From Gemmatimonadota bacterium (GTDB taxonomy: Bacteria > Gemmatimonadota > Gemmatimonadetes > JACCXV01 > JAHWKZ01), in assembly GCA_033722155.1 (NCBI GenBank), contig JAWVZN010000005.1:8770-72769 (forward strand): a stretch of DNA of 64,000 nt, written 5' to 3'. The notes beneath the pieces were generated by a model. That model was not told where the DNA came from, made no database searches, and saw nothing but the letters and a program-made list of their open reading frames with translations. Shown piece by piece: positions 17,550 through 26,984 of this stretch. The translations under genes were made by a program, and so were the position numbers. The first letter of the stretch is position 1. Every line of letters begins with the position of its first letter.

Positions 17550-18472
17550 GCCCCCCGGGTCTCCCCGTCCGGCTCGTCGGGCGGCAGACCCGGACGCTTC
17601 TCGCGGCGCTCCCGCCCCGACCGTCGGTCCTCGCCCGAGCGGCGCTCCGGGACCCCGGGCGGGGGCCCGACGTCCTTCTTCCGACGGTCCACGCCCGAGC
17701 GGCGCCCGCGTGCGCCCGAGCGGCGCTCCTCGCTCCCCGGTGGGGCCGGGGACTCCCCGATCTCCCCGCCCACCCCGAACAGCGTTGGCCTCCGCAACCG
17801 GAGGTCCGGGCTCCGGGCCGCGCGCAGGGTCTCGTACGTCCACGCCGCGGCGATCATCCCGAAGATCGGCGCCAGCCAGTAGACCCAGTGGGCGGCCCAC
17901 ACGTCGACCGCGACGGCCGGACCCAGGGAGCGCGCCGGATTCATCGATGCCCCGGTCAGCGGGAGCCCGAACAGGACCCCGAAGCCGTACGCGAACCCCA
18001 CGGCGAGCCCGACCGAGCCGTAGGCGACCCGCTCGTCGGAGGCGACGGCGGCGATGACGAACATCAGCGCGAAGGAGAGGACCCACTCGAGGGCGAACGC
18101 CTCGCTCGGGGCGACGTCGGGGATCGTTGCGCCCACGTTCGCGACGTCCCCCAGGATCCCCCACAGGAACAGCGAGGCCGCCACCGCCCCGACGCACTGG
18201 GCGCCGACGTACACCAGGGCGTCCTTCGCCGGGAACCGGCGTACGGCCCACAGCCCGATCGTGACCGCCGGGTTCACGTGGCTTCCGCTCAGGTGCCCGA
18301 TCGCGTACACCATGCACGCCAGGGCGAACGCGAACGCCAGGGCGATCCCGACGGCTCCCAGGCCACCGTCCGTCCGGGCGTCGACCATGATCGCTCCCGT
18401 CCCCACGAGGACGAAGAGGAACGTTCCGACCCCCTCCGCCACCGCGCGCCGGCCCAGCTTCTGAACCCGCAT
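17546..18472 (-). CDS. aqpZ: Aquaporin (MIP family, AqpZ-like) with an ~80-aa Arg/Glu-rich repetitive C-terminal extension.
   Basis: Two NPA boxes (SGSHVNPAVT and GASMNPARS) and 6 TM segments. The tail ERRSGARGRRSGVDRRKKDVGPPPGVPERRSGEDRRSGRERREKRPG is encoded by CGCCCGAGCGGCGC-type DNA repeats. Confidence 0.75.
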   Translation of the reverse strand: MRVQKLGRRAVAEGVGTFLFVLVGTGAIMVDARTDGGLGAVGIALAFAFALACMVYAIGHLSGSHVNPAVTIGLWAVRRFPAKDALVYVGAQCVGAVAASLFLWGILGDVANVGATIPDVAPSEAFALEWVLSFALMFVIAAVASDERVAYGSVGLAVGFAYGFGVLFGLPLTGASMNPARSLGPAVAVDVWAAHWVYWLAPIFGMIAAAWTYETLRAARSPDLRLRRPTLFGVGGEIGESPAPPGSEERRSGARGRRSGVDRRKKDVGPPPGVPERRSGEDRRSGRERREKRPGLPPDEPDGETRGA

Positions 18473-18507
18473 TGCACTCACCACTGCTCCTCCTTCCCCT
18501 TCGGGGC

Positions 18508-18972
18508 TCACTTGTGGTACGGCTCGTTGCGGACGATGGTCCAGGCGCGGTACAGCTGCTCGGCGAGGACCACCTGGGCCAGCTCGTGAGCCATCGTATG
18601 GCGGCCGAAGCTCACCTCCCGGCGGGCCGACTCCCGCACGCCGGCGGAGAGCCCCGACGCGCCGCCGACCACGAGGACGACCCGTTTCACGCCGCCCCGG
18701 GCCCACCCGCGCAACATCTTCGCCCACCCCTCGCTGGAGAGCGCCTCGCCGCGGCGGTCGAGGACGACCATCCGGTCGGCCGCGCCGATCGAGGCGGCGG
18801 CGAGCAGCCGCTCGCCCTCCTCCTCCCTCGCGACCGCTCCCTCCCCGCGGGCCGGCTTCACCTCGTTCCGCTCCACCGGGGCGTAGCGCGCGACTCGCTC
18901 GAGGTACTCCCCCACCCCGGACCGGGCCCACGGGGCGCGCAGCCGGCCGACGGCGAGGATCTCGAGCTTCAC
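18508..18972 (-). CDS. rlmH: 23S rRNA (pseudouridine1915-N3)-methyltransferase.
   Basis: 154 aa with the SPOUT fold (VLVVGGASGLS...HELAQVVLAEQLYRAWTI). Confidence 0.85.
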   Translation of the reverse strand: MKLEILAVGRLRAPWARSGVGEYLERVARYAPVERNEVKPARGEGAVAREEEGERLLAAASIGAADRMVVLDRRGEALSSEGWAKMLRGWARGGVKRVVLVVGGASGLSAGVRESARREVSFGRHTMAHELAQVVLAEQLYRAWTIVRNEPYHK

Positions 18973-18979
18973 GCGCCCT

Positions 18980-20251
18980 TCACGCGTAGATCCCCCGCAG
19001 CTGGTGCACGAACGCCACCCGCTCGATCGCGCGCATGTAGCAGGCGGTCCGCAGGTTCACCGCGTGGCGGTCGGCGGCCTGCACCGCGTCCCCGAACGCG
19101 TTGACGAGGATCTTCCTCAGCCTCCGCTCCACCCTCTCGCGGCTCCAGTAGTACCCCTCCCGGTTCTGCACCCACTCGAAATAGCTCACCGTCACGCCGC
19201 CGGCGTTCGCCAGGATGTCGGGGACCACGAACACCCCCTTCTCCTCCAGGATTGCGTCGGCGGGAGCGGTCGTGGGCCCGTTGGCGCCCTCGCAGATGAT
19301 CCGCGCCTCGATCCGGGGCGCGTTCTCCCGGGTGATCGCGTTCTCCGTGGCCGCCGGGATCAGGACCTCGCACGGCCGCTCGAGCAGCTCCCGGCCGTCG
19401 ATCTCGTCGGGACCCTCGAGCCCCTCCAGCCACCGGTTCTGCATCGTGTGCCGGAGAGCGGCCTCCACGTCGATCCCCCCGGGATCGTGGAACGCGGCGG
19501 TGTGGTCGCTGATCCCGACCACCTTCATCCCCTTCTTCGCGCACCGGCGGGCCGCCACCGAGCCCACGTTGCCGAACCCCTGGACCACGACACGGGCTCC
19601 CTCCACCGGGATCTCCAGGTGGCGCAGCGCCTCCACGGTGAGCAGCGTGCACCCGTGACCGGTCGCCTCCCGCCGCCCGAGCGAGCCGCCCATCTCGACC
19701 GGCTTGCCCGTCACGATCGGCGTGACGGTGTGGCGGGCGTGCTGGCTGTAGGTGTCCATGATCCACGCCATCACCTGCTCGTTGGTGTTGACGTCGGGAG
19801 CGGGAACGTCGGTATCGGGGCCCAGAAGCTCCATGATCTCGGCGGTGTAGCGGCGGGTGATGTGCTCGAGCTCGCGGGGCGAGAGCTCCCGGGGATCGCA
19901 CACCACCCCTCCCTTGGCCCCGCCGAAGGGAATGTTCACCACCGCGCACTTCCACGTCATCCACGCCGCCAGCGCCTTCACCTCCTCCAGGGTGACGTTC
20001 GGGGCGAAGCGGATCCCTCCCTTCGCGGGGCCGCGCGCGGTGTTGTAGTGGACCCGGAAGCCGGTGAACACCTCGATCTCGCCGTCGTCCATCTTCACCG
20101 GGATCGAGACGATCATCTGGCGCTCCGGGTGACGGAGGATCCGGTAGATCCCCCGATCGAGCTGGAGCAGCTCGGCGGCGTGATCGAAGCGGGACATCAT
20201 CGCCTCGAACGGGTTCGTCTCCTGGAGCGGAACGTCCGACGGGGAGTTCAC
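18980..20251 (-). CDS. gdhA: Glutamate dehydrogenase (Glu/Leu/Phe/Val dehydrogenase family). Its GTG start overlaps the nadB stop (GTGA).
   Basis: Aligns closely with Thermus-type GDH ([38 protein letters not shown]). Confidence 0.85.
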   Translation of the reverse strand: MNSPSDVPLQETNPFEAMMSRFDHAAELLQLDRGIYRILRHPERQMIVSIPVKMDDGEIEVFTGFRVHYNTARGPAKGGIRFAPNVTLEEVKALAAWMTWKCAVVNIPFGGAKGGVVCDPRELSPRELEHITRRYTAEIMELLGPDTDVPAPDVNTNEQVMAWIMDTYSQHARHTVTPIVTGKPVEMGGSLGRREATGHGCTLLTVEALRHLEIPVEGARVVVQGFGNVGSVAARRCAKKGMKVVGISDHTAAFHDPGGIDVEAALRHTMQNRWLEGLEGPDEIDGRELLERPCEVLIPAATENAITRENAPRIEARIICEGANGPTTAPADAILEEKGVFVVPDILANAGGVTVSYFEWVQNREGYYWSRERVERRLRKILVNAFGDAVQAADRHAVNLRTACYMRAIERVAFVHQLRGIYA

Positions 20252-21846
20252 GTCCGCATCTCCTCGGATCGCGGCGGGAACAAGAGGGTGTTGCGGCGAA
20301 ACGCGGGGTCGGGCTCGGGATGCGACCGGGTAAAATGTAGGCCGCGGCTCTCCTCGCGCCACCGGGCCGAGCGGACGATCAGACGGGCCACCAGGTGGAG
20401 GTTCGCCATCTCCGCGGCCGCCGGCTCGCGGGGAGCGTCGGGGATCCCGCCGGAGAGCGCCTCCAGGCGGTCCCGCGCCTCGTTCAACCCCCGGTCGTCC
20501 CGGACGATTCCGGCCCCCTCCCACAGGATCCGTCCGATCCGCCGCCGGATCCGTGCGATCTCCCCGGGATCCGGGGGAGGCTCTCCGGCGTTCCGGCGCG
20601 GGACCGGTGCCTCCGGGGGGTCGGGCTCCTTCAGCAGTTCGGCGCTCGCGCGGGCTGCCCGCTCCGCGAATACGACCGCCTCGAGCAGCGAGTTCGACGC
20701 GAGCCGGTTGGCGCCGTGGACCCCGGTGCAGGCGACCTCCCCCACCGCCAGCAGCCGGCGCACCCCGGTGCGCGCCCCGAGGTCGGTCCGCACCCCCCCG
20801 CAGGCGTAGTGGGCGGCCGGGACCACGGGGAGGGGCTCGGCGGGGGGATCGTAGCCGCGCGCGCGGCACCGCTCGAGGATGTGGGGAAAGCGCTCGGCGA
20901 ACCGGTCGGCGGAGATCGAGGAGCAGTCGAGCCACACATGGCCCGCCCCGAGCTCGCGCATCTCGGCGTCGATCGCCCGCGCCACCACGTCGCGGGGGGC
21001 GAGATCCCCCTGGGGATGGAGCCTCGCCATCAACGGCCCGCCATCGACGCCCCGGATCGTCGCGCCCTCGCCCCGAACCGCCTCGCTGATCAGGAAGGCG
21101 CGTCCCTCGACCGGCCACAGCGCGGTCGGGTGGAACTGGACGAACTCCAGGTTGGCCACCGGCGCTCCCGCCCGCCACGCCATCGCGACGCCGTCGCCGG
21201 TGGCGATCGACGGGTTCGTGGTGAACCGGTAGGCGGTGCCGAACCCGCCGGTGGCCAGATAGGTGGTCCGGGAGCGGAAGGCGAGCAGCTCGCCCGAGTG
21301 GCGGTCGACCGCGAGGGCTCCCAGACACTCCGGCGGGCTCCCCGGCGCCACCCACAGGTCGAGCGCGAACAGGTGTTCGTGGATCGAGACGCCCGCCCGG
21401 GCGGCACCCGCGAGGAGCCCCCGTTCGATCTCCCTGCCGGTGAGATCCGAAGCGTGCACGATCCGGCGGGCCGAGTGCCCGCCCTCCCGCCCCAGGTCGA
21501 GGCGCTCGGGGGCACCGGGGTCGTGGCTGAACTCGATCCCCAGGGCGACCAGCTCGCGCACGGCGGCCGGCCCGTTCCGTACGAGCAGCCGCACCGCCAC
21601 CGGATCGCAAAGTCCGTCCCCCGCGCGAAGGGTGTCCCGGACGTGGCTCTCGAAGGAGTCCTCCGGAGCCATCACCGCCGCGATCCCTCCCTGGGCGTAG
21701 TTGGTGTTGGTCTCCGAGTCCTCCTTCTTGGTGAGCACGGTCACCTCGCCCAGCGCGGCCGCCTTGATCGCGTAGGTGAGCCCGCCGATCCCGCTGCCCA
21801 GCACCAGCACGTCGGTGTCGACCACGCGGGGCGCGGCCGGGATCAT
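20248..21846 (-). CDS. nadB: L-aspartate oxidase.
   Basis: [13 protein letters not shown]-binding Rossmann; succinate dehydrogenase/fumarate reductase flavoprotein family; [10 protein letters not shown]-terminal motif. Confidence 0.85.
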   Translation of the reverse strand: MIPAAPRVVDTDVLVLGSGIGGLTYAIKAAALGEVTVLTKKEDSETNTNYAQGGIAAVMAPEDSFESHVRDTLRAGDGLCDPVAVRLLVRNGPAAVRELVALGIEFSHDPGAPERLDLGREGGHSARRIVHASDLTGREIERGLLAGAARAGVSIHEHLFALDLWVAPGSPPECLGALAVDRHSGELLAFRSRTTYLATGGFGTAYRFTTNPSIATGDGVAMAWRAGAPVANLEFVQFHPTALWPVEGRAFLISEAVRGEGATIRGVDGGPLMARLHPQGDLAPRDVVARAIDAEMRELGAGHVWLDCSSISADRFAERFPHILERCRARGYDPPAEPLPVVPAAHYACGGVRTDLGARTGVRRLLAVGEVACTGVHGANRLASNSLLEAVVFAERAARASAELLKEPDPPEAPVPRRNAGEPPPDPGEIARIRRRIGRILWEGAGIVRDDRGLNEARDRLEALSGGIPDAPREPAAAEMANLHLVARLIVRSARWREESRGLHFTRSHPEPDPAFRRNTLLFPPRSEEMRT

Positions 21847-22910
21847 CGGCCTTCTCCCAGGGCCTCGGCCACCAGGCCGAGGAGCAGCTCGGGATCGCGG
21901 GGGCGGAGGCGGCGGCGGAGAACCCCCACGCCCCGACCCCCGAACCACGCCGGATCGAGCTTCACCGCGTCCTTCTCGGTCACCAGGATCGGACGACCGG
22001 GGTGCTCGGCGAGGATCGGGGGGAGGTCCGCGGGACCGAAGGGATGGTGGTCGGGAAAGGCCACCAGGCGGGCCACCCTCCATCCGGCCCGCTCGGCGAA
22101 CTTCCGCACCGAGCCGGGACGGGCAACCCCGGCGATCGCGACCGCCCCCGTGGTCGAGATCTCGAAGGGCTCCTCTCGACCGCGCGTCCAGCCGGAGAGG
22201 GTCACCGTGCCCGCGTCGTCCCACTCCGCCACGCACCCGGGAAGCTCCCGCCACCAGGGCGAGAAGGCCGAGCCGATCGTGCCCTCGGGCCAGGCGGACT
22301 CGCGCGGATCGCCGCCGACGACGACCCACGCCGCCGCGGGAGGGCGCCACTCGGGACCCTGCCGCAGCGGTCCCGCGGGAAGGCACCGGGCGGGAGCGAC
22401 CAGGTCCTCCGAGAGGAAGCACACCAGATCCAGGCAGCGGGCGACGCGGCGGTGCTGGAGGCCATCGTCCAGCAGGAACGCGGCCGGCCGCGCCCGCTCG
22501 GCCACCGCCTCGGCGGCCCGCACCCGGTCGGGCCCCACCCCGACCCACGCCCCGGAGCGGGCGAGCAGCAGCGGCTCGTCGCCCGCCTCGCGGGGACTCT
22601 CCGAGCCTCCGCCGGGGGGCACCACCCGCAGGCTCTTCCGCTCCCGACCGTAGCCGCGCGAGAGCACCGCGACGGCCGGCTCCCACGTCCCCTCCTCCAC
22701 CAGCCACCGCACCAGGCTCGTCTTCCCGCTCCCGCCCACGGTGACGTTGCCCACGCTCACCGTGGGCGCCGGCAACCGATCGGCGGGCGGGCGGAGGCGG
22801 CCGGAGAGGCGGAGCCGGGAGGTGGCGCGCCACAGGCGGGCCAGCGGAGCCGCGGCGACGCGCCACGCCGCTCCAGCCGTCCCGCCCCCGCCGTAGATCG
22901 TCCGGCGCAT
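21843..22910 (-). CDS. lpxK: Tetraacyldisaccharide 4'-kinase. Its stop overlaps the nadB start (ATGA).
   Basis: P-loop [12 protein letters not shown] and the DDGLQH motif. Confidence 0.75.
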   Translation of the reverse strand: MRRTIYGGGGTAGAAWRVAAAPLARLWRATSRLRLSGRLRPPADRLPAPTVSVGNVTVGGSGKTSLVRWLVEEGTWEPAVAVLSRGYGRERKSLRVVPPGGGSESPREAGDEPLLLARSGAWVGVGPDRVRAAEAVAERARPAAFLLDDGLQHRRVARCLDLVCFLSEDLVAPARCLPAGPLRQGPEWRPPAAAWVVVGGDPRESAWPEGTIGSAFSPWWRELPGCVAEWDDAGTVTLSGWTRGREEPFEISTTGAVAIAGVARPGSVRKFAERAGWRVARLVAFPDHHPFGPADLPPILAEHPGRPILVTEKDAVKLDPAWFGGRGVGVLRRRLRPRDPELLLGLVAEALGEGR

Positions 22911-22957
22911 CCATCCGTAGGCCGGCGAGCGCTCTTCCGCCCGCGACGGGGAAGGGC

Positions 22958-23077
22958 TCAAGCGATTCCCTCCAGCAGCCAGATGACCACCACGACGAGG
23001 ATCAGCAGGACGACCATCCACCCCGTCTTCGCCCGCTTCGGGCGATGAGGGGAGACCTCCTTCCGATCCTTCCACAC
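22958..23077 (-). CDS. Candidate small single-pass membrane protein (19 aa from the ATG at ~23017, or 39 aa from the GTG at ~23077) in the lpxA-lpxK spacer.
   Basis: A basic N-terminus VWKDRKEVSPHRPKRAKTGW is followed by the hydrophobic MVVLLILVVVVIWLLEGIA. A GGAAGGAGG run lies 25 nt upstream of the ATG. There is no homology support. Confidence 0.2.
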   Translation of the reverse strand: MWKDRKEVSPHRPKRAKTGWMVVLLILVVVVIWLLEGIA

Positions 23078-23088
23078 CTTGAGGAGAC

Positions 23089-23874
23089 TCAGACCGTGAC
23101 CCCTCGCTCGCTCTCGGAGATGAAGGTGCAGAACCGGACGATCTCGGGATAGGGGTGGAGGTCGCTCTCGGCCCGCGCGAGGGCCTGGGTGATGTTGAGC
23201 TTGGAGTTGAAGAAGAGGCGGTAGGCCCGCTTGAGCTCGTCCTTGACGTTCTCGGGGAAGCCGCGCCGGTCGAGCCCCACCACGTTGAGCCCGAACAGGG
23301 TGGCGGGGTTGCCCGCGGCCTTCACGTACGGCGGCACGTCCTTCTGGATCCGGGACGCCCCGCCGACGAACGCGTGGGCGCCTACCCGGACGAACTGGTG
23401 GATCGGGGTCATCCCCCCGATGATCGCCTGCTCGTCGATGGTGACATGGCCGGCGACGTTCACCGCGTTCGACAGGATCACGCCGTCGCCGATCTGGCAG
23501 TCGTGCGCGACGTGGACGTAGGCCATCAGCAGGCAGCCGTCACCGATCTGGGTGCGGCCGAGCGCCCGGGTGCCGCGGTTCACCGTCGCGTACTCCCGGA
23601 TCACCGTGTCGTTGCCGATCACGCACGTGGTCTGCTCGCCCTCGTACTTGAGATCCTGCGGGTCCCCGCCGATCACCGCCCCGTAGTGGATCTCGCACCG
23701 CTCGCCGATCACGGTGTCGCGCTCCACCACGGCGTGAGGGTAGATCCGGGAGCCGGCCCCGACCGTCACGCCCGGACCGACGATCGCGTACGCTCCCACC
23801 CACGCCTCCTCGTGGACCTCCGCGTCCGAGTCGACCACCGCGCTGGGGTGGATCTCGCCGACGGCGGACTTCAC
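23089..23874 (-). CDS. lpxA: UDP-N-acetylglucosamine O-acyltransferase. Its GTG start overlaps the lpxC-fabZ stop (GTGA).
   Basis: Left-handed beta-helix hexapeptide repeats and a C-terminal helical domain; IHPSAVVDSDAEV N-terminus. Confidence 0.85.
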   Translation of the reverse strand: MKSAVGEIHPSAVVDSDAEVHEEAWVGAYAIVGPGVTVGAGSRIYPHAVVERDTVIGERCEIHYGAVIGGDPQDLKYEGEQTTCVIGNDTVIREYATVNRGTRALGRTQIGDGCLLMAYVHVAHDCQIGDGVILSNAVNVAGHVTIDEQAIIGGMTPIHQFVRVGAHAFVGGASRIQKDVPPYVKAAGNPATLFGLNVVGLDRRGFPENVKDELKRAYRLFFNSKLNITQALARAESDLHPYPEIVRFCTFISESERGVTV

Positions 23875-25265
23875 TTCGGCACCACCGAGGCCATCAGTTC
23901 CGCCTCGGCCACGATCCCGTCCCCGACCCGGGCCAGGCCGCGCATCTTGCAGTGGGGGCCCCGTCGCCGGAGCAGCTCCAGCTCGCACACCAGGGTGTCC
24001 CCGGGACGGACCGGCTGCCGGAACCTGACGCTGTCGAGCCCGGTGAAGTACACCACCTTCGAGTCCGGATCGTCCACCATGCTCATCAGCAGCAGACCGC
24101 CCACCTGGCCCATCGCCTCGACGATCAGCACACCCGGCATCACCGGATGGCCCGGGAAGTGGCCCTGGAAGAACGGCTCGGAGATCGTCACGTTCTTGAT
24201 CCCCACGATCCGCTTCGCCTCCTCGAGCTCCTCGATGCGGTCTACGAGGAGAAACGGATAGCGATGGGGAAGCAGCTCGAGAATCTGCCCGACCTCGAGC
24301 ACGGGCCGCCGCGCCGGCGGTGCGCTCGTCGCCTCCGCGACCTCTTCACCCTTCTCGACGCCGGCGCGCTCCCCGGCGGCCCGTGGGCCCCGGGGCTCCC
24401 CCCGTCCGTTCCGCCCGTCCTCCTCGATCCGCCGCTTCAGGATCTGGACCAGGGCCAGGTGCGTCCGGTGTCCCGAGCGCTGCGCCACGATGTGGGCCTG
24501 GATGTCCACGTTCAGCACCTTCAGGTCCCCGAGGAGGTCGAGGATCTTGTGGCGCACGAGCTCGTTCGGAAAGCGCAGCCGCTCCTCGTTGAGGATCTTG
24601 TCCTCCCCGATCACGATCGCGTTCCGGAGGTTGCCCCCCCGGATCAGGCCGGCCGCCTTCAGCTGCTCGATCTCGTGCAGGAAGCCGAAGGTGCGGGCCG
24701 GCGCGATCTCCTTCTCGAACACCTCCGGGGTGATCTCGAAGGAGTCGAACTGGTGTCCCACCAGCGGATGATCGAAGTCGATCGAGAAGGAGACCTGGAG
24801 GCGGTCGCTCGGCAACAGCACGATCTCGACGTCCCCGTCCTCGTAGAAGATCGGCTCCTCGACCCGGTAGATGCGGCCGGGAGCGTCGAGCTCCTCGATG
24901 CCCGCCTCCTCCAGCGCCTCCCAGAACGGGAGGCTCGACCCGTCGCCCACCGGGGGCTCGTTGGCGTCGAGCTCGATGCGGAGGTTGTCGATCCCGCGGA
25001 CGGCCACCGCGGCCAGGACGTGCTCGATCGTGTGGACCTTGCATCCATCGGCACCGATGGAGGTCCCCCGCTCCACCCCGATCACGTGGTCGGGGTCGAC
25101 CCGGATCTCCGGGCTCCCCTCGAGGTCGACCCGGACGAACGCGATCCCGGTGTCCGCCTCGGCGGGCACGAAGGTCATGTGGCACTGGTTGCCGGTGTGG
25201 AGCCCGACGCCGGAGTAGGTGACGGGGCGCGCGATCGTCCGCTGGCGGTCGCTCGAAGGGATCAT
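23871..25265 (-). CDS. lpxC-fabZ: Bifunctional UDP-3-O-acyl-GlcNAc deacetylase / 3-hydroxyacyl-ACP dehydratase (LpxC-FabZ fusion).
   Basis: The N-terminal ~290 aa are LpxC ([22 protein letters not shown]). After a Gly/Arg linker the C-terminal ~150 aa form a FabZ hotdog fold ([19 protein letters not shown]). Confidence 0.85.
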   Translation of the reverse strand: MIPSSDRQRTIARPVTYSGVGLHTGNQCHMTFVPAEADTGIAFVRVDLEGSPEIRVDPDHVIGVERGTSIGADGCKVHTIEHVLAAVAVRGIDNLRIELDANEPPVGDGSSLPFWEALEEAGIEELDAPGRIYRVEEPIFYEDGDVEIVLLPSDRLQVSFSIDFDHPLVGHQFDSFEITPEVFEKEIAPARTFGFLHEIEQLKAAGLIRGGNLRNAIVIGEDKILNEERLRFPNELVRHKILDLLGDLKVLNVDIQAHIVAQRSGHRTHLALVQILKRRIEEDGRNGRGEPRGPRAAGERAGVEKGEEVAEATSAPPARRPVLEVGQILELLPHRYPFLLVDRIEELEEAKRIVGIKNVTISEPFFQGHFPGHPVMPGVLIVEAMGQVGGLLLMSMVDDPDSKVVYFTGLDSVRFRQPVRPGDTLVCELELLRRRGPHCKMRGLARVGDGIVAEAELMASVVPK

Positions 25266-26281
25266 CGGTCGCGTATCTTCGACTCCAGGGCCTTGATGCG
25301 ATCGAACAGCTCGGGGAGCCGGGAGAACAGCGCGTGGAGGCGCATCTGCTCCCGGTGGGGCCGGGCGGGGTATCCGGACACCTCGGCGTCGTCGGACAGG
25401 TCGCCGATCACCCCGGCCTGCCCGCCGATCCGGACACGGTCGCCGATCTCGACGTGGCCGGCGAGCCCCGCCTGGCCGCCGATCGCGACGTGATCGCCGA
25501 TCCGGGTGCTTCCCGCGATCCCCGCCTGGGCAACGACGAAGGCGTGCTTGCCGATCGCGACATTATGGGCGAGGTGAACGAGGTTGTCAATCTTCGTTCC
25601 CCGGCCGACCACGGTGTCCCCGGTGGACCCCCGGTCGATCGTCACGTTGGCGCCGATCTCCACCTCGTCGCCGATCTCCACGCCTCCCCGCTGGGGGACC
25701 CGGTGGTGGTGGCCTCGCTCGTCGGTGGCGTAGCCGAACCCGTCCGAGCCCAGGACGGTGCCGCTCTGCACCACGCAGCGCGCTCCGATCCGGGTTCCGC
25801 CGTGGACCGTGACCCGGGGGAACAGCCGGGTCCTCTCCCCGACCACGACCCCCGCCTCCAGCACGCAGCCGGCCCCCACCACGACCTCCTCGCCGAGCTC
25901 GGCCCCGGCTTCGATCACCGCCAGAGGCCCAACCGAGGCGGTCGACGGGACGGTGGCCGTCTCGTGGACGACGGCGGTGTCGTCCACCCCGGGGTCGGGC
26001 CTGCCGGCGGGGGCGATCAGCTCGACCGCCCGGGCGAAGGTCAGGTACGGGTTCTCGCTCCGGAGGACGTTCTGGCCGTCGGAGGAATACCCCTCGCCGG
26101 CCACCACGACCCCGGCATCGGAGCGCTCGGCCGCGCGACGGTAGCGGGGATTGGCGAGAAACGAGACGTCCTCGGGTCCCGCGTCTTCGAGCCGCGCCAC
26201 GCCGCTGACGCGGACCTCGGGGTCGCCATCCAGCCGGACGTCGAGCGCTTCGGCGAGCTCCCCCAGCGTATAGGTGGGCAA
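25262..26281 (-). CDS. lpxD: UDP-3-O-(3-hydroxyacyl)glucosamine N-acyltransferase.
   Basis: 339 aa; LpxD N-terminal domain plus hexapeptide repeats; ATGA overlap with lpxC-fabZ. Confidence 0.85.
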   Translation of the reverse strand: MPTYTLGELAEALDVRLDGDPEVRVSGVARLEDAGPEDVSFLANPRYRRAAERSDAGVVVAGEGYSSDGQNVLRSENPYLTFARAVELIAPAGRPDPGVDDTAVVHETATVPSTASVGPLAVIEAGAELGEEVVVGAGCVLEAGVVVGERTRLFPRVTVHGGTRIGARCVVQSGTVLGSDGFGYATDERGHHHRVPQRGGVEIGDEVEIGANVTIDRGSTGDTVVGRGTKIDNLVHLAHNVAIGKHAFVVAQAGIAGSTRIGDHVAIGGQAGLAGHVEIGDRVRIGGQAGVIGDLSDDAEVSGYPARPHREQMRLHALFSRLPELFDRIKALESKIRDR

Positions 26282-26300
26282 GGGACCTCCGGTCGCGAAC

Positions 26301-26849
26301 TCAGCGCGACGGCGCGCCGCCGGCCTGCTGGTTCATCTGCTGGATGACCTGGTCGGTGATGTTGAGCGCGGGATCGCCCGCCACGAGCGCGGGCGCGTTG
26401 AGGTCGAACACCAGCGCGTACCCCTGCTGCTGCCTCACCCTCTCGATCGCTTCGTTCACCCGCTGGATGATCGGCCGCATGAGCTCGGCCTGCTTCACGC
26501 TCGCCTCGCCCTCCGGGCCGAACTTCTCCTGGAAGTACTGCTGGGTCTCCCGCTCGAGCTGCAGGATCGTCTGCTGCTTCTCGGTCTTCTCCTCGGGGGA
26601 GAGGACCACCTCCTGCTTCTGGTACTCCTCGAACATCCGCTGGAGCTCCGCCCGCTTCTGCTCGAGCGTGTCCTGCCAGCTCTGGGTGGTCTGCTGGAAC
26701 TGCGCGCTCGCCTCACCGTAGCCGGGGGCCTCCTGGATGATCGCCTCGGTGTCGACGTAGGCGATCCTGGGGGCCTCCTGCGCGGCAGCGATCGCCGGAG
26801 CCCCGATCAGGAGTCCGAGCGCCGCGACGATGAACCTCGCCTTGGCCAT
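26301..26849 (-). CDS. skp: Periplasmic chaperone Skp (OmpH family).
   Basis: Signal peptide plus a Q/E-rich coiled-coil, 182 aa; positioned between bamA and lpxD as in other diderms. Confidence 0.75.
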   Translation of the reverse strand: MAKARFIVAALGLLIGAPAIAAAQEAPRIAYVDTEAIIQEAPGYGEASAQFQQTTQSWQDTLEQKRAELQRMFEEYQKQEVVLSPEEKTEKQQTILQLERETQQYFQEKFGPEGEASVKQAELMRPIIQRVNEAIERVRQQQGYALVFDLNAPALVAGDPALNITDQVIQQMNQQAGGAPSR

Positions 26850-26984
26850 GGTATGTTCCTCCCTAGTTCTTCGGATGATCCAAAGGAATCTAGCCTCTCG
26901 CCTTCATACCCGCATGTGCCCACAAAGGTCGCGCGGTCCGCGACATGTGTCGCGAATGGCGACGTCGCCCGCCGGAGCGGCGGT

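Noticed and set aside
17590-17720. Short direct DNA repeats (CGCCCGAGCGGCGC, three copies) that superficially resemble a repeat array.
   Set aside because: They are irregularly spaced, lie inside a coding tail, and have no spacer/repeat periodicity, so this is not a CRISPR array.
17546-18931. The 153-aa N-terminal extension of the aquaporin ORF in the track.
   Set aside because: It would overlap rlmH on the same strand and is Arg/Gly low complexity. The ATG at 18472 gives a canonical AqpZ N-terminus.
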